Positions 15,472 to 22,255 are shown, numbered from the stretch's first letter. The stretch is 24,000 nt of DNA from Candidatus Woesearchaeota archaeon (GCA_964604715.1 CAZRZR010000001.1:10197-34196), one strand, 5' to 3'. Numbers and translations are program-made. Notes: a model not told the origin generated them from the sequence alone.

Positions 15472-16494
15472 TTACTTACCGAAGTTTCTCTTGCGTACTG
15501 CAAACTCTTCCAGAGCTAGACGCAAATCATCTGGGCTAAAATCAGGAAAATATTTATCCGAAAAGTAAAGCTCGGCATAGGCTGATTGAAACGGCATGAA
15601 ACCGCTAGTACGTTTCTCTCCAGACGTTCTAATAATTAAATCAACATCAGGCAAATCACTCGTATCCAGATAGCGCGCAAGATCTTTTTCAGTCACTTGT
15701 TTAGTTCCAGAGCCAATAACTCTATTCACAGCCCTAACCAGCTCGTCTCTCCCACCATAATCGAAACAAATTTGCAAATAATAATTATCAAAATTTTCTG
15801 TAGCCTTCTCTAAAGAAACAATTTCTTTCACAATATCTTTAGGAAGCCTATCAAGTCTTCCAAGATGTCTAAATCTAGTTCCAGTCCTTACAAGTTCCTT
15901 GCGCAATTGAGAAATTCCTTTTCTAAAAAGTGAAAAAAGCTCGTTCAATTCTCGTCTATCTCGGCCCCAGTTTTCTGTTGAAAAGGCCCAGAAAGTAGCG
16001 CATTTTACTCCACGCTTTTGGAGCTCACGAAAAAGAGAGACAAGCTTATCATAGGAAGCTCCTGAACGATGACCATACCACGGTTTAAACCCCTGTGCCG
16101 TTGCCCAACGCCTATTTCCATCTGGAATTATTGCAACATGACGAGGAATCTGTGCACGCCCTTCCAAAAGATTCTTTCCGAGATTAATAAAACTCTTACT
16201 CTGATCTTTTAGAAAACTATCATTTGTCACAATATCAAAAGAACTATACTGCTTGCTAGGTTTCCTCCAGCTGTACGAGAATTCTGATATCTTTGATAAT
16301 AATGAACCTTGCTGTAGCTTCACCAAAAACAAATCGAGATTTTTACGCGTGCCTTGAGCAACTACCGAAACATCACCAACAGGAGTATTGCGCACACTTC
16401 CTGTAAGTCCCAGTTTTTCGGCCTCTCTTTTGATGAATCTTCTTAACCCTACGCCCTGCACCCTACCGTATATATCCGCATTAAGTTCAATCAT
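15472..16494 (-). CDS. uppS: Fusion protein: N-terminal acylphosphatase-like domain plus cis-prenyltransferase (undecaprenyl/polyprenyl diphosphate synthase, UppS family)
   Basis: Residues 8-48 match both acylphosphatase signatures: IYGRVQGVGLRRF and GSVRNTPVGDVSVVAQG. From about residue 116 the UppS motifs appear: PRHVAIIPDGNRRWA, FSTENW and IIRTSGEKRTSGFMPFQSAYAELYFSDKYFPDF. Confidence 0.85.
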   Translation of the reverse strand: MIELNADIYGRVQGVGLRRFIKREAEKLGLTGSVRNTPVGDVSVVAQGTRKNLDLFLVKLQQGSLLSKISEFSYSWRKPSKQYSSFDIVTNDSFLKDQSKSFINLGKNLLEGRAQIPRHVAIIPDGNRRWATAQGFKPWYGHRSGASYDKLVSLFRELQKRGVKCATFWAFSTENWGRDRRELNELFSLFRKGISQLRKELVRTGTRFRHLGRLDRLPKDIVKEIVSLEKATENFDNYYLQICFDYGGRDELVRAVNRVIGSGTKQVTEKDLARYLDTSDLPDVDLIIRTSGEKRTSGFMPFQSAYAELYFSDKYFPDFSPDDLRLALEEFAVRKRNFGK

Positions 16495-16515
16495 ATAAGT
16501 GAGCTAAAAAAGTAA

Positions 16516-16523
16516 TTTATAAA
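16516..16523 (-). promoter_or_regulatory. TATA box of the acylphosphatase-UppS gene, overlapping the stop codon of the DHH gene
   Basis: TTTATAAA (palindromic). Its edge at 16523 is 29 nt from the ATG at 16494. The DHH gene's stop TAA (16517-16519) lies inside the box. Confidence 0.65.
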
Positions 16524-17572
16524 CTTATCACGCAATGCTCAAAACTCTTCCTAAATCGCTCCAAATCTTCAGTTCTAAGTCGCACACCCACTGCGTCCGC
16601 ATGCCCTCCTCCTGAAGATCCTTCAAACTCTCCTAAAAGAGATTGAACAATGCGATTCACATTCTTACCGCGTATAGAAAGGTTACTCATAGCTCCTTGA
16701 GCATAAGCAACAATAACCGGCAAAGTAGGATAAAGATAAGATAGTTCGTTAGCTAAATCTGCACTCATGCTCATACTGCCTCCGTAACGAAAAAACAATA
16801 TATTAGAATGATCTTCTAGTTTGGCTTTCTCAAGTAACTCGCAGTATTTTTCGCGTATTTCTTTATACTTCCTAGCAAAAGAACTATCGGACTCAAGTTC
16901 GTTTAGCATATCTTGAGGAGTTTTACATCCTATAATGAAATTCTGAAAGTAAACCACATGAGTTATAGAATCCTTCAGACCTGCACCGATCGCTCGAGCA
17001 AGCGTTCCAATTACAGATTTATAATATGCATCAAACGGTTTTTTTATATTCTTACCCCATAACTCTCGATAAATCTTCTCAAATTTCCTACTAAATCCAG
17101 GCAAGTAATGATCTGAAATGCACCCCATCATAGCAACCCACAAATCTTCTTCCCTTTTTCCAATCTCATAGACAAGCGCAGTTACTGGCTCATTACCTTT
17201 CGATTTCCCTTTATTTCTTACAGGATTAAATACCGAAAGTGAAGAGCTAGAGTAATTTGGTAAAGGAACATCGTGATGATCAATCCAAACGACAGGTATA
17301 TGCAGCTCCTCCAATTTTTCAACAAATTCATTACCTAAAAAAGGCCGATCAAGAACAAACACATAGTCGGCACCTAACTCATGGGCTCGTTTAGCATATC
17401 CTGCATCAATATCCGGGTGAGTCCTTACAGCAACGCCCTTTCCTCTTCCTAAAAACCTCCTCAGCAATACAAAGCTACACAGCCCATCAGCATCGTTATC
17501 ATAAAGAAAAACAGGATTTTGTGCTTTCTCAAGATGCTCGCGTATTTCTTTCAGCTGTTTAGCAGTTAACAT
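16517..17572 (-). CDS. DHH/DHHA1-family phosphoesterase (NrnA/RecJ-like)
   Basis: Motifs are LYDNDADGLCS, VFVLDRP, VWIDHHD and GGGHADAVG (the DHHA1 GGGH). The ORF-track start at 17575 is a TTG. The ATG at 17572 is 29 nt from the TATA box at 17594-17601. Confidence 0.8.
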   Translation of the reverse strand: MLTAKQLKEIREHLEKAQNPVFLYDNDADGLCSFVLLRRFLGRGKGVAVRTHPDIDAGYAKRAHELGADYVFVLDRPFLGNEFVEKLEELHIPVVWIDHHDVPLPNYSSSSLSVFNPVRNKGKSKGNEPVTALVYEIGKREEDLWVAMMGCISDHYLPGFSRKFEKIYRELWGKNIKKPFDAYYKSVIGTLARAIGAGLKDSITHVVYFQNFIIGCKTPQDMLNELESDSSFARKYKEIREKYCELLEKAKLEDHSNILFFRYGGSMSMSADLANELSYLYPTLPVIVAYAQGAMSNLSIRGKNVNRIVQSLLGEFEGSSGGGHADAVGVRLRTEDLERFRKSFEHCVISL

Positions 17573-17592
17573 CAAGAAAAACGTCCAAAGCG

Positions 17593-17979
17593 TTATTTAA
17601 ATCCTGCTTTAGAAGCATTCTTCTTAAGATCGTAATCTCGGAGAAATTGTTCTCTCAAAGTATGTCCTTCATCAGCATAAGGTTGTATAAACGAAAGCGT
17701 TGTACGAGAATTTCTTGGGATTTTTCCAGAGATATATGCTTCTCTAACCTCGGCAGAATCATATGAAAACTTAGTAGTAGGAATACGATAAACTGTAAAT
17801 TCATCATTACTATGTACCTCATCAAACTTACGAGCCATGAATGCATCAGCCCTTTGTTCTCTTTCCCTAGGATTTGTCGGTCCAAACTCAATTATACCGA
17901 TTCCTGCTAAAGTTACTGCGCCCAGAGCTACTAACAAACCAAGAACTCCTCTCCTTGTTCCACGACCTTCTTCAACCAT
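17593..17979 (-). CDS. Hypothetical small protein with N-terminal TM or pilin-like signal
   Basis: The ORF-track start at 18000 is a TTG. The ATG at 17979 (MVEEGRGTRRGVLGLLVALGAVTLAGIGIIEF...) lies exactly 29 nt from the box TTTAAGTA (18001-18008). Confidence 0.6.
   Translation of the reverse strand: MVEEGRGTRRGVLGLLVALGAVTLAGIGIIEFGPTNPREREQRADAFMARKFDEVHSNDEFTVYRIPTTKFSYDSAEVREAYISGKIPRNSRTTLSFIQPYADEGHTLREQFLRDYDLKKNASKAGFK
17594..17601 (-). promoter_or_regulatory. TATA box of the DHH gene, overlapping the stop codon of the upstream gene
   Basis: The minus strand reads TTTAAATA. Its edge at 17601 is 29 nt from the ATG at 17572. The upstream stop codon occupies 17593-17595. Confidence 0.65.
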
Positions 17980-18000
17980 AAAAAACAATAGATAGACCAA

Positions 18001-18008
18001 TACTTAAA
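18001..18008 (-). promoter_or_regulatory. TATA-like box of the 17593..17979 gene, abutting the ArsR gene's stop codon
   Basis: The minus strand reads TTTAAGTA. Its edge at 18008 is 29 nt from the ATG at 17979. The ArsR gene's stop codon is at 18009-18011. Confidence 0.55.
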
Positions 18009-18584
18009 TTATTTGTTCCAATTCCAAAATACAACAATTAAAAGTGCAACGAGTGAACCCAAGAAGAACCAAGCCCAGGAGTTAGGGGCACTTGCTAAGA
18101 AACTATAGAACGCGGAATGATCGACTACTGAGATCGCCGCGGTAGATCCGAGACTCGCGCTTGTACTTTCCGCACTTTTCAAAGCGCCACGAACAAGCAA
18201 ATCGCTATTCTGTTGCGCTTGAACAAGCATCTTCAATACAAGAGCAAACAAACCAGCTCCAATTAACGCAGGTACAACTCCTTTTGAAAACGTTTTAGGC
18301 GAGATAACAATCTTCTTTTCAGAAATACGATAAGCTTGTACCTTTCTTCCCCGAGAGCTCCAAAACGTCTTAGTTTTCTCAACAAGCCCTGCTTCAAACA
18401 ATTTCTTAACATTATAGTTTATAGTGTTCAAAGGCACCTTAAGATTATGAGCCAATTCGCTTTCGCTTAGTTCTTGTTCAGCTAATGCTCCAAGAATATG
18501 CTTGCACGTTTTGTTAGAAATAACATCTGCAAGTCTACTAGTCCTCGGATCATCTAAATCAATCATCACATAATTTCGAGCCAT
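18009..18584 (-). CDS. ArsR-type winged-HTH transcriptional regulator with C-terminal transmembrane segments
   Basis: The HTH region is SESELAHNLKVPLNTINYNVKKLFEAGLVEK. Two hydrophobic segments follow: VVPALIGAGLFALVLKML and WAWFFLGSLVALLIVVFW. Confidence 0.75.
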   Translation of the reverse strand: MARNYVMIDLDDPRTSRLADVISNKTCKHILGALAEQELSESELAHNLKVPLNTINYNVKKLFEAGLVEKTKTFWSSRGRKVQAYRISEKKIVISPKTFSKGVVPALIGAGLFALVLKMLVQAQQNSDLLVRGALKSAESTSASLGSTAAISVVDHSAFYSFLASAPNSWAWFFLGSLVALLIVVFWNWNK

Positions 18585-18605
18585 ACCCAGTTTAAGTAAA
18601 GTTAA

Positions 18606-18613
18606 TTTATAAA
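18606..18613 (-). promoter_or_regulatory. TATA box of the ArsR-type regulator gene
   Basis: TTTATAAA, with its edge at 18613, 29 nt from the ATG at 18584. Confidence 0.65.
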
Positions 18614-18623
18614 CGATTCTGAA

Positions 18624-18643
18624 ACTCCAAATGTCTTTGGAGT
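18624..18643. promoter_or_regulatory. Perfect 8-4-8 palindrome between divergent TATA boxes; candidate operator
   Basis: actccaaa-tgtc-tttggagt; the arms are exact reverse complements. It lies between TATA 18606-18613 (minus-strand gene) and TATA 18678-18685 (plus-strand gene). Confidence 0.45.
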
Positions 18644-18677
18644 CACTACTCCCAGTAGATTGTAAAGAAGAAAAAAG

Positions 18678-18685
18678 TTTATATA
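18678..18685 (+). promoter_or_regulatory. TATA box of the small membrane protein gene
   Basis: TTTATATA, with its edge at 18678, 29 nt from the ATG at 18707. Confidence 0.65.
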
Positions 18686-18706
18686 CCCTCCACGAATAAC
18701 ACGGAT

Positions 18707-19012
18707 ATGAATAAGTGGAGTGAATTATTCCTGGGTTTGGTGTTGATTATAGTTCCAATTGTAATTGCGTTCTATTCAATAACCTGGGGTGCATGGAACT
18801 TCTGGTCTGCAGCAGGCACATTCTTCAAAGGCGGATTATTCTGGTTTATAATTATGATCGGAGTATTATTCGTACTTCTTGGTATATCTGACTTGAAGGA
18901 AAGCGTTAATGCCCCAGCACATCATCATAAACCAGCAGCTCAAATGCCTCCTGTTATGCACAACACAGCTGAAAAAGAAACAGCTGCTCCTAAGAGAAGA
19001 AGCAAAAAGTAA
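18707..19012 (+). CDS. Small membrane protein (two TM segments) with a His-rich, basic C-terminal tail
   Basis: LFLGLVLIIVPIVIAFY and LFWFIIMIGVLFVLLGI are followed by the tail NAPAHHHKPAAQMPPVMH...KRRSKK. The TATA box TTTATATA at 18678-18685 is 29 nt upstream of the ATG. Confidence 0.65.
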   Translation: MNKWSELFLGLVLIIVPIVIAFYSITWGAWNFWSAAGTFFKGGLFWFIIMIGVLFVLLGISDLKESVNAPAHHHKPAAQMPPVMHNTAEKETAAPKRRSKK

Positions 19013-19051
19013 GTTTCATAATTCTTAAATAACTACTCGTTATCTCGATTA

Positions 19052-20206
19052 ATGCCCTATTGTAAAATCTGTAATGAATGGAATTGTGACGAACACGAGT
19101 TCTTCATTGGCAAGACACAATGGAAAAAAGAATTTACGGGCTCGTCTCCACCGGAAATCTTTGTAGGACGTTGGAATTATCCAAATGTCTATACGGGCGT
19201 GCTAGCACCTGAACAAGTCGGAGATACGGAAGCACACACGTCCTCTGAAATATGGCACTCGCGAAAGATGCAAATTCCAGACATCATGCGTCTAAGAAAC
19301 TCATTAATTTACGGCAGAACGCAGAGCAACATACATAAAACGCATCAATTCTCACACGTCTTTAAAGAAATTGCAATGACACATAAACCTGTAGCTACAT
19401 ACTTCCAATTAAAAAAACCAATTCAATCGCACAACGAAAATGAGCCTAACGTGCCTTTGATCAGTCGCGCTGCTCCAATAGAACGAGTCACATTAGAACA
19501 AAATGCCCCTGTGAAGCCTAAGATTGACTATCTAGTAAATGACATAGACGTCAAATCATCAACTGCTATGCAAGAGCTTTACAAAGCTAACACTTCAGTT
19601 TCTTCAATCACAAAATTGCTCTCAGCAGGACTCTTAGGAAAGAAATCTGCGCGGAAACTCGTTCCAACAAAATGGTCAATAACCGCAGTAGACAGCAACC
19701 TTTCTAAAGAAAAACTAAAAAAGATCAAGGGATTTCAAGAATTAAATGACATACGCGTGTTTCATGCCCAGTATTTAGGAAATCATTACGAGTTCCTCTT
19801 ACTCCCCGGAACGTTTTCTTTTGAAGTCATTGAAATTTCTATAGCAAGCGGAGGCGTTTGGCAAGACTATGAATCTCAATTTGATCGTAAGACCTATGCA
19901 GACTCAGTAACTGGAGCATATTATGCAAACCGCCTTGCACTCGCCGAGTATTTGGAAACAATTCAACGTCAGGCCCAGTGTCTAGTAATGCGAGAAGTTC
20001 GCCCAGAATATTACGCGCCTTGTGGAGTCGGAATCCTAAGAGAGACAAGCAGAGAAGCCTTCAAGTCGCATGAAACCTTCGGTACAAAAGAAGAAGCTTT
20101 CCAAGTCATACAATCCAGAATAAAACTGCCCATCTCAGCATTCTTATCAAAATCTAAACTACTGAAAGTTCACGGCAAGCAGAAAAAGTTACACGAGTTT
20201 TTTTAA
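19052..20206 (+). CDS. Nre-family archaeal DNA-repair-associated protein (Nre_N/Nre_C, NreA-like) with a C-terminal PIP box
   Basis: The N-terminus has a Cys cluster (CKICNEWNC) followed by SSPPEIFVGRWNYPNVYTGVLAP. As I recall, this matches the conserved Nre N-domain motif (SPP-x-VFVG-x-x-GYP-x-V). The extreme C-terminus QKKLHEFF fits the canonical PIP box Q-x-x-L-x-x-F-F. Confidence 0.65.
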   Translation: MPYCKICNEWNCDEHEFFIGKTQWKKEFTGSSPPEIFVGRWNYPNVYTGVLAPEQVGDTEAHTSSEIWHSRKMQIPDIMRLRNSLIYGRTQSNIHKTHQFSHVFKEIAMTHKPVATYFQLKKPIQSHNENEPNVPLISRAAPIERVTLEQNAPVKPKIDYLVNDIDVKSSTAMQELYKANTSVSSITKLLSAGLLGKKSARKLVPTKWSITAVDSNLSKEKLKKIKGFQELNDIRVFHAQYLGNHYEFLLLPGTFSFEVIEISIASGGVWQDYESQFDRKTYADSVTGAYYANRLALAEYLETIQRQAQCLVMREVRPEYYAPCGVGILRETSREAFKSHETFGTKEEAFQVIQSRIKLPISAFLSKSKLLKVHGKQKKLHEFF

Positions 20207-20824
20207 TTCTTCCAATTCTTCTAGACCTAATTGAGTTTTACCAAGCTCATTCACAAGCCACAGCCCGCTTTCACGTATTTTCTCTTTCGGAGAAAAATTA
20301 CCGAGCCATTCTGCAGAAGCCTTACACGATTCACATGCAGAAATAGAAGAAATAATTTTAGATTCGAATTCAAGCCTCTTGGACGCGTCATCGATTTCAA
20401 AAACTACGCAGCTAATGTTATTTTGAATATGTGTGCTCACTTCTTTTTCAATAGCTCGTTGTTTGTGCATATCGACTGTGTGCAGCAAATCTCTTTTCGC
20501 TTTTACCGTAGTGAGATCATATTCCCAAATCTTCAAAAAAGGATCATTTTCTCTATTCAGCAAAGCGCGCCCAATATTCTTCCTAAATATACTTCTATCC
20601 TTGTTCTCATCTATGAAATGTTGCTTCAAGCGAGAACGTAACTGTCCCTCTCCAGTATGCGTACCCACGCGCACAATTCGATCTCCTCCGTGAGCTTTCT
20701 CATTATCCTCGAACAAAACATAAATGCCGTTCTTAGGCACGTTACGTTCATTGAAGGGGAATCTCAGTCTAGGCAGACTATTGAATAACACGTGTAGCTG
20801 TTCACACACATTAATATGGGACAT
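20189..20824 (-). CDS. GIY-YIG nuclease-domain protein
   Basis: NGIYVLFE (GIY), RIVRVGTH (YIG-like) and LRSRLKQH...RSIFRKNIGRALL (conserved Arg/His region). Its 3' end overlaps the convergent Nre gene by 18 nt. Confidence 0.65.
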   Translation of the reverse strand: MSHINVCEQLHVLFNSLPRLRFPFNERNVPKNGIYVLFEDNEKAHGGDRIVRVGTHTGEGQLRSRLKQHFIDENKDRSIFRKNIGRALLNRENDPFLKIWEYDLTTVKAKRDLLHTVDMHKQRAIEKEVSTHIQNNISCVVFEIDDASKRLEFESKIISSISACESCKASAEWLGNFSPKEKIRESGLWLVNELGKTQLGLEELEELKKLV

Positions 20825-20840
20825 ACAAAATCAAAAAAGA
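20825..20840 (-). terminator. Oligo-T tract after tbp
   Basis: The minus strand reads TCTTTTTTGATTTTGT, downstream of the tbp stop (20857) and upstream of the ATG at 20824. Confidence 0.3.
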
Positions 20841-20856
20841 CCGCATATAAGTAGTT

Positions 20857-21420
20857 TTACTTCTTATCCGCAAGTCGCTTCAAAACAGCTTTAATGTTCT
20901 TATTGAGTTGTTCCATCGCATCATCTAGTTGCTGCTTGTTCTTTGTTCCAGTACATACAAGCTTTCCATTCGAGAACAATAAGAACGTTGTTGTAGGCTC
21001 ATCCAATTTATATACCAATCCTGGAAACTGTTCAGGTTCATATTCAGTATTTTCAAGTTCCAAAGCTAAAATGTTCAAGTTCAAATCCACGTTAATAGTG
21101 CCGGAGGCAACAATATTCTGAACGGTTATCTTAGGTTTGTCTGTAATCTTAACGCCTATCTTCCCTAGTTGTTTAATAACTTGTTCAATAACTTCCTTCA
21201 CTTGTGCAACGCTCTTTGTTCCTGTGCATACAAGATTTCCAGAAGAAAATACAAGTACGGCAGACTTAGGCTTCTTTACACGCAAGACAAGACCTGGAAA
21301 TTGCTCTGGATTGTATTCAGTATTGGTATAAGATTTAGCAAGCTTAGTCAAAGAGACAGGCTTCCCCAGCGAACTGGTAGCCACAATGTTTTGAATCGTT
21401 AAATTAGAATCCTTTACCAT
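20857..21420 (-). CDS. tbp: TATA-box binding protein
   Basis: It has two direct repeats: IQNIVATSSL...EQFPGLVLRVKKPKSAVLVFSSGNLVCTGTKS and VQNIVASGTI...EQFPGLVYKLDEPTTTFLLFSNGKLVCTGTKN. Confidence 0.95.
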   Translation of the reverse strand: MVKDSNLTIQNIVATSSLGKPVSLTKLAKSYTNTEYNPEQFPGLVLRVKKPKSAVLVFSSGNLVCTGTKSVAQVKEVIEQVIKQLGKIGVKITDKPKITVQNIVASGTINVDLNLNILALELENTEYEPEQFPGLVYKLDEPTTTFLLFSNGKLVCTGTKNKQQLDDAMEQLNKNIKAVLKRLADKK

Positions 21421-21449
21421 CGGCAGATGACCTTTTTAAAGGAAATAGC

Positions 21450-21457
21450 TTTATAAA
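21450..21457 (-). promoter_or_regulatory. TATA box of the tbp gene, inside a 14-bp perfect palindrome
   Basis: agctttataaagct (21447-21460) equals its own reverse complement. The box edge is 37 nt from the ATG at 21420, which implies a leader of about 8 nt, unlike most genes here. Confidence 0.5.
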
Positions 21458-21507
21458 GCTTCCTAGTAAGCGTTGAAGCTATAGATAACTAGATTTTAAA
21501 GAAGAGT

Positions 21508-22203
21508 CTAACTTCTTAATTCTACAAAAACATGTTTTTTTATGTCTAATTTTTTATGAAATTCCGGAAACAGTTCCTTATTTTGAATCTTTTCGACCAT
21601 TTGATTTAGAAGTCCATCGTAAGGATAAGTGTAACAATCATAAAAGGTGCCATAATAATCGAACCCGTGCAATAACTCAGGCAACTCTTCTAAAATATAG
21701 GTTCCAAGTTTTATTTTTTGTTCCTCGGTAAAATTGTTATCTGCAAGATGCAAATTAACTATTTTCAATATTTCCATCCTAAAAATAACGTTTTCTTCAT
21801 ATTCTTTATAGAAAATTGATAAAAACTCCTTATTAAACGACGACTTTTTTACTTCATCCCATCTTATTATATCAATTCGTCTTTGTTCTTCTAAAGGAAG
21901 TTCTTTTATTATTTGTTCGAGAACGATTACCATTTCATCTCCTTTCTTCAAAGCCTTCCTTCTAGCTTTCTCTGAAGAGTCGCCATTTCTCACTTCATAA
22001 TTAATAGAATGCAACGTGTCTCCAATAAGCAACCCTGCTCTATTCTTGGTATATTGTAAGCACCATAATAGATTTTCTTTCAAATGACTTTTAGTAAACC
22101 ATTTATTTCCCAAACTAATGCCTACATAAATATTAAATTTTTTATCTTGGACTTCCTTGAGAGAAGCTCCTCTAACCATCAACGCAATTGCTTTGCTTTT
22201 CAT
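21508..22203 (-). CDS. tRNA-dependent cyclodipeptide synthase (CDPS) family protein
   Basis: I aligned it by eye to AlbC and YvmC as I remember them. NIYVGISLGNKWFTK matches ALIGISAGNSYFS and VLVGISPFNSRFS (catalytic Ser in G-I-S). SSEKARRKALKKG matches RGKAERKVRKE. GTYILEELPELL matches NYVLAEAPLF and EYVIAELPFF (Tyr178/Glu182 equivalents). The 231-aa size fits. A possible alternative start is the ATG at 22179. Confidence 0.75.
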   Translation of the reverse strand: MKSKAIALMVRGASLKEVQDKKFNIYVGISLGNKWFTKSHLKENLLWCLQYTKNRAGLLIGDTLHSINYEVRNGDSSEKARRKALKKGDEMVIVLEQIIKELPLEEQRRIDIIRWDEVKKSSFNKEFLSIFYKEYEENVIFRMEILKIVNLHLADNNFTEEQKIKLGTYILEELPELLHGFDYYGTFYDCYTYPYDGLLNQMVEKIQNKELFPEFHKKLDIKKHVFVELRS

Positions 22204-22255
22204 TTATAGGTTTAATAGTCTAACTTAAGCACTTTTAATTTCTTTCTTTATAGTA

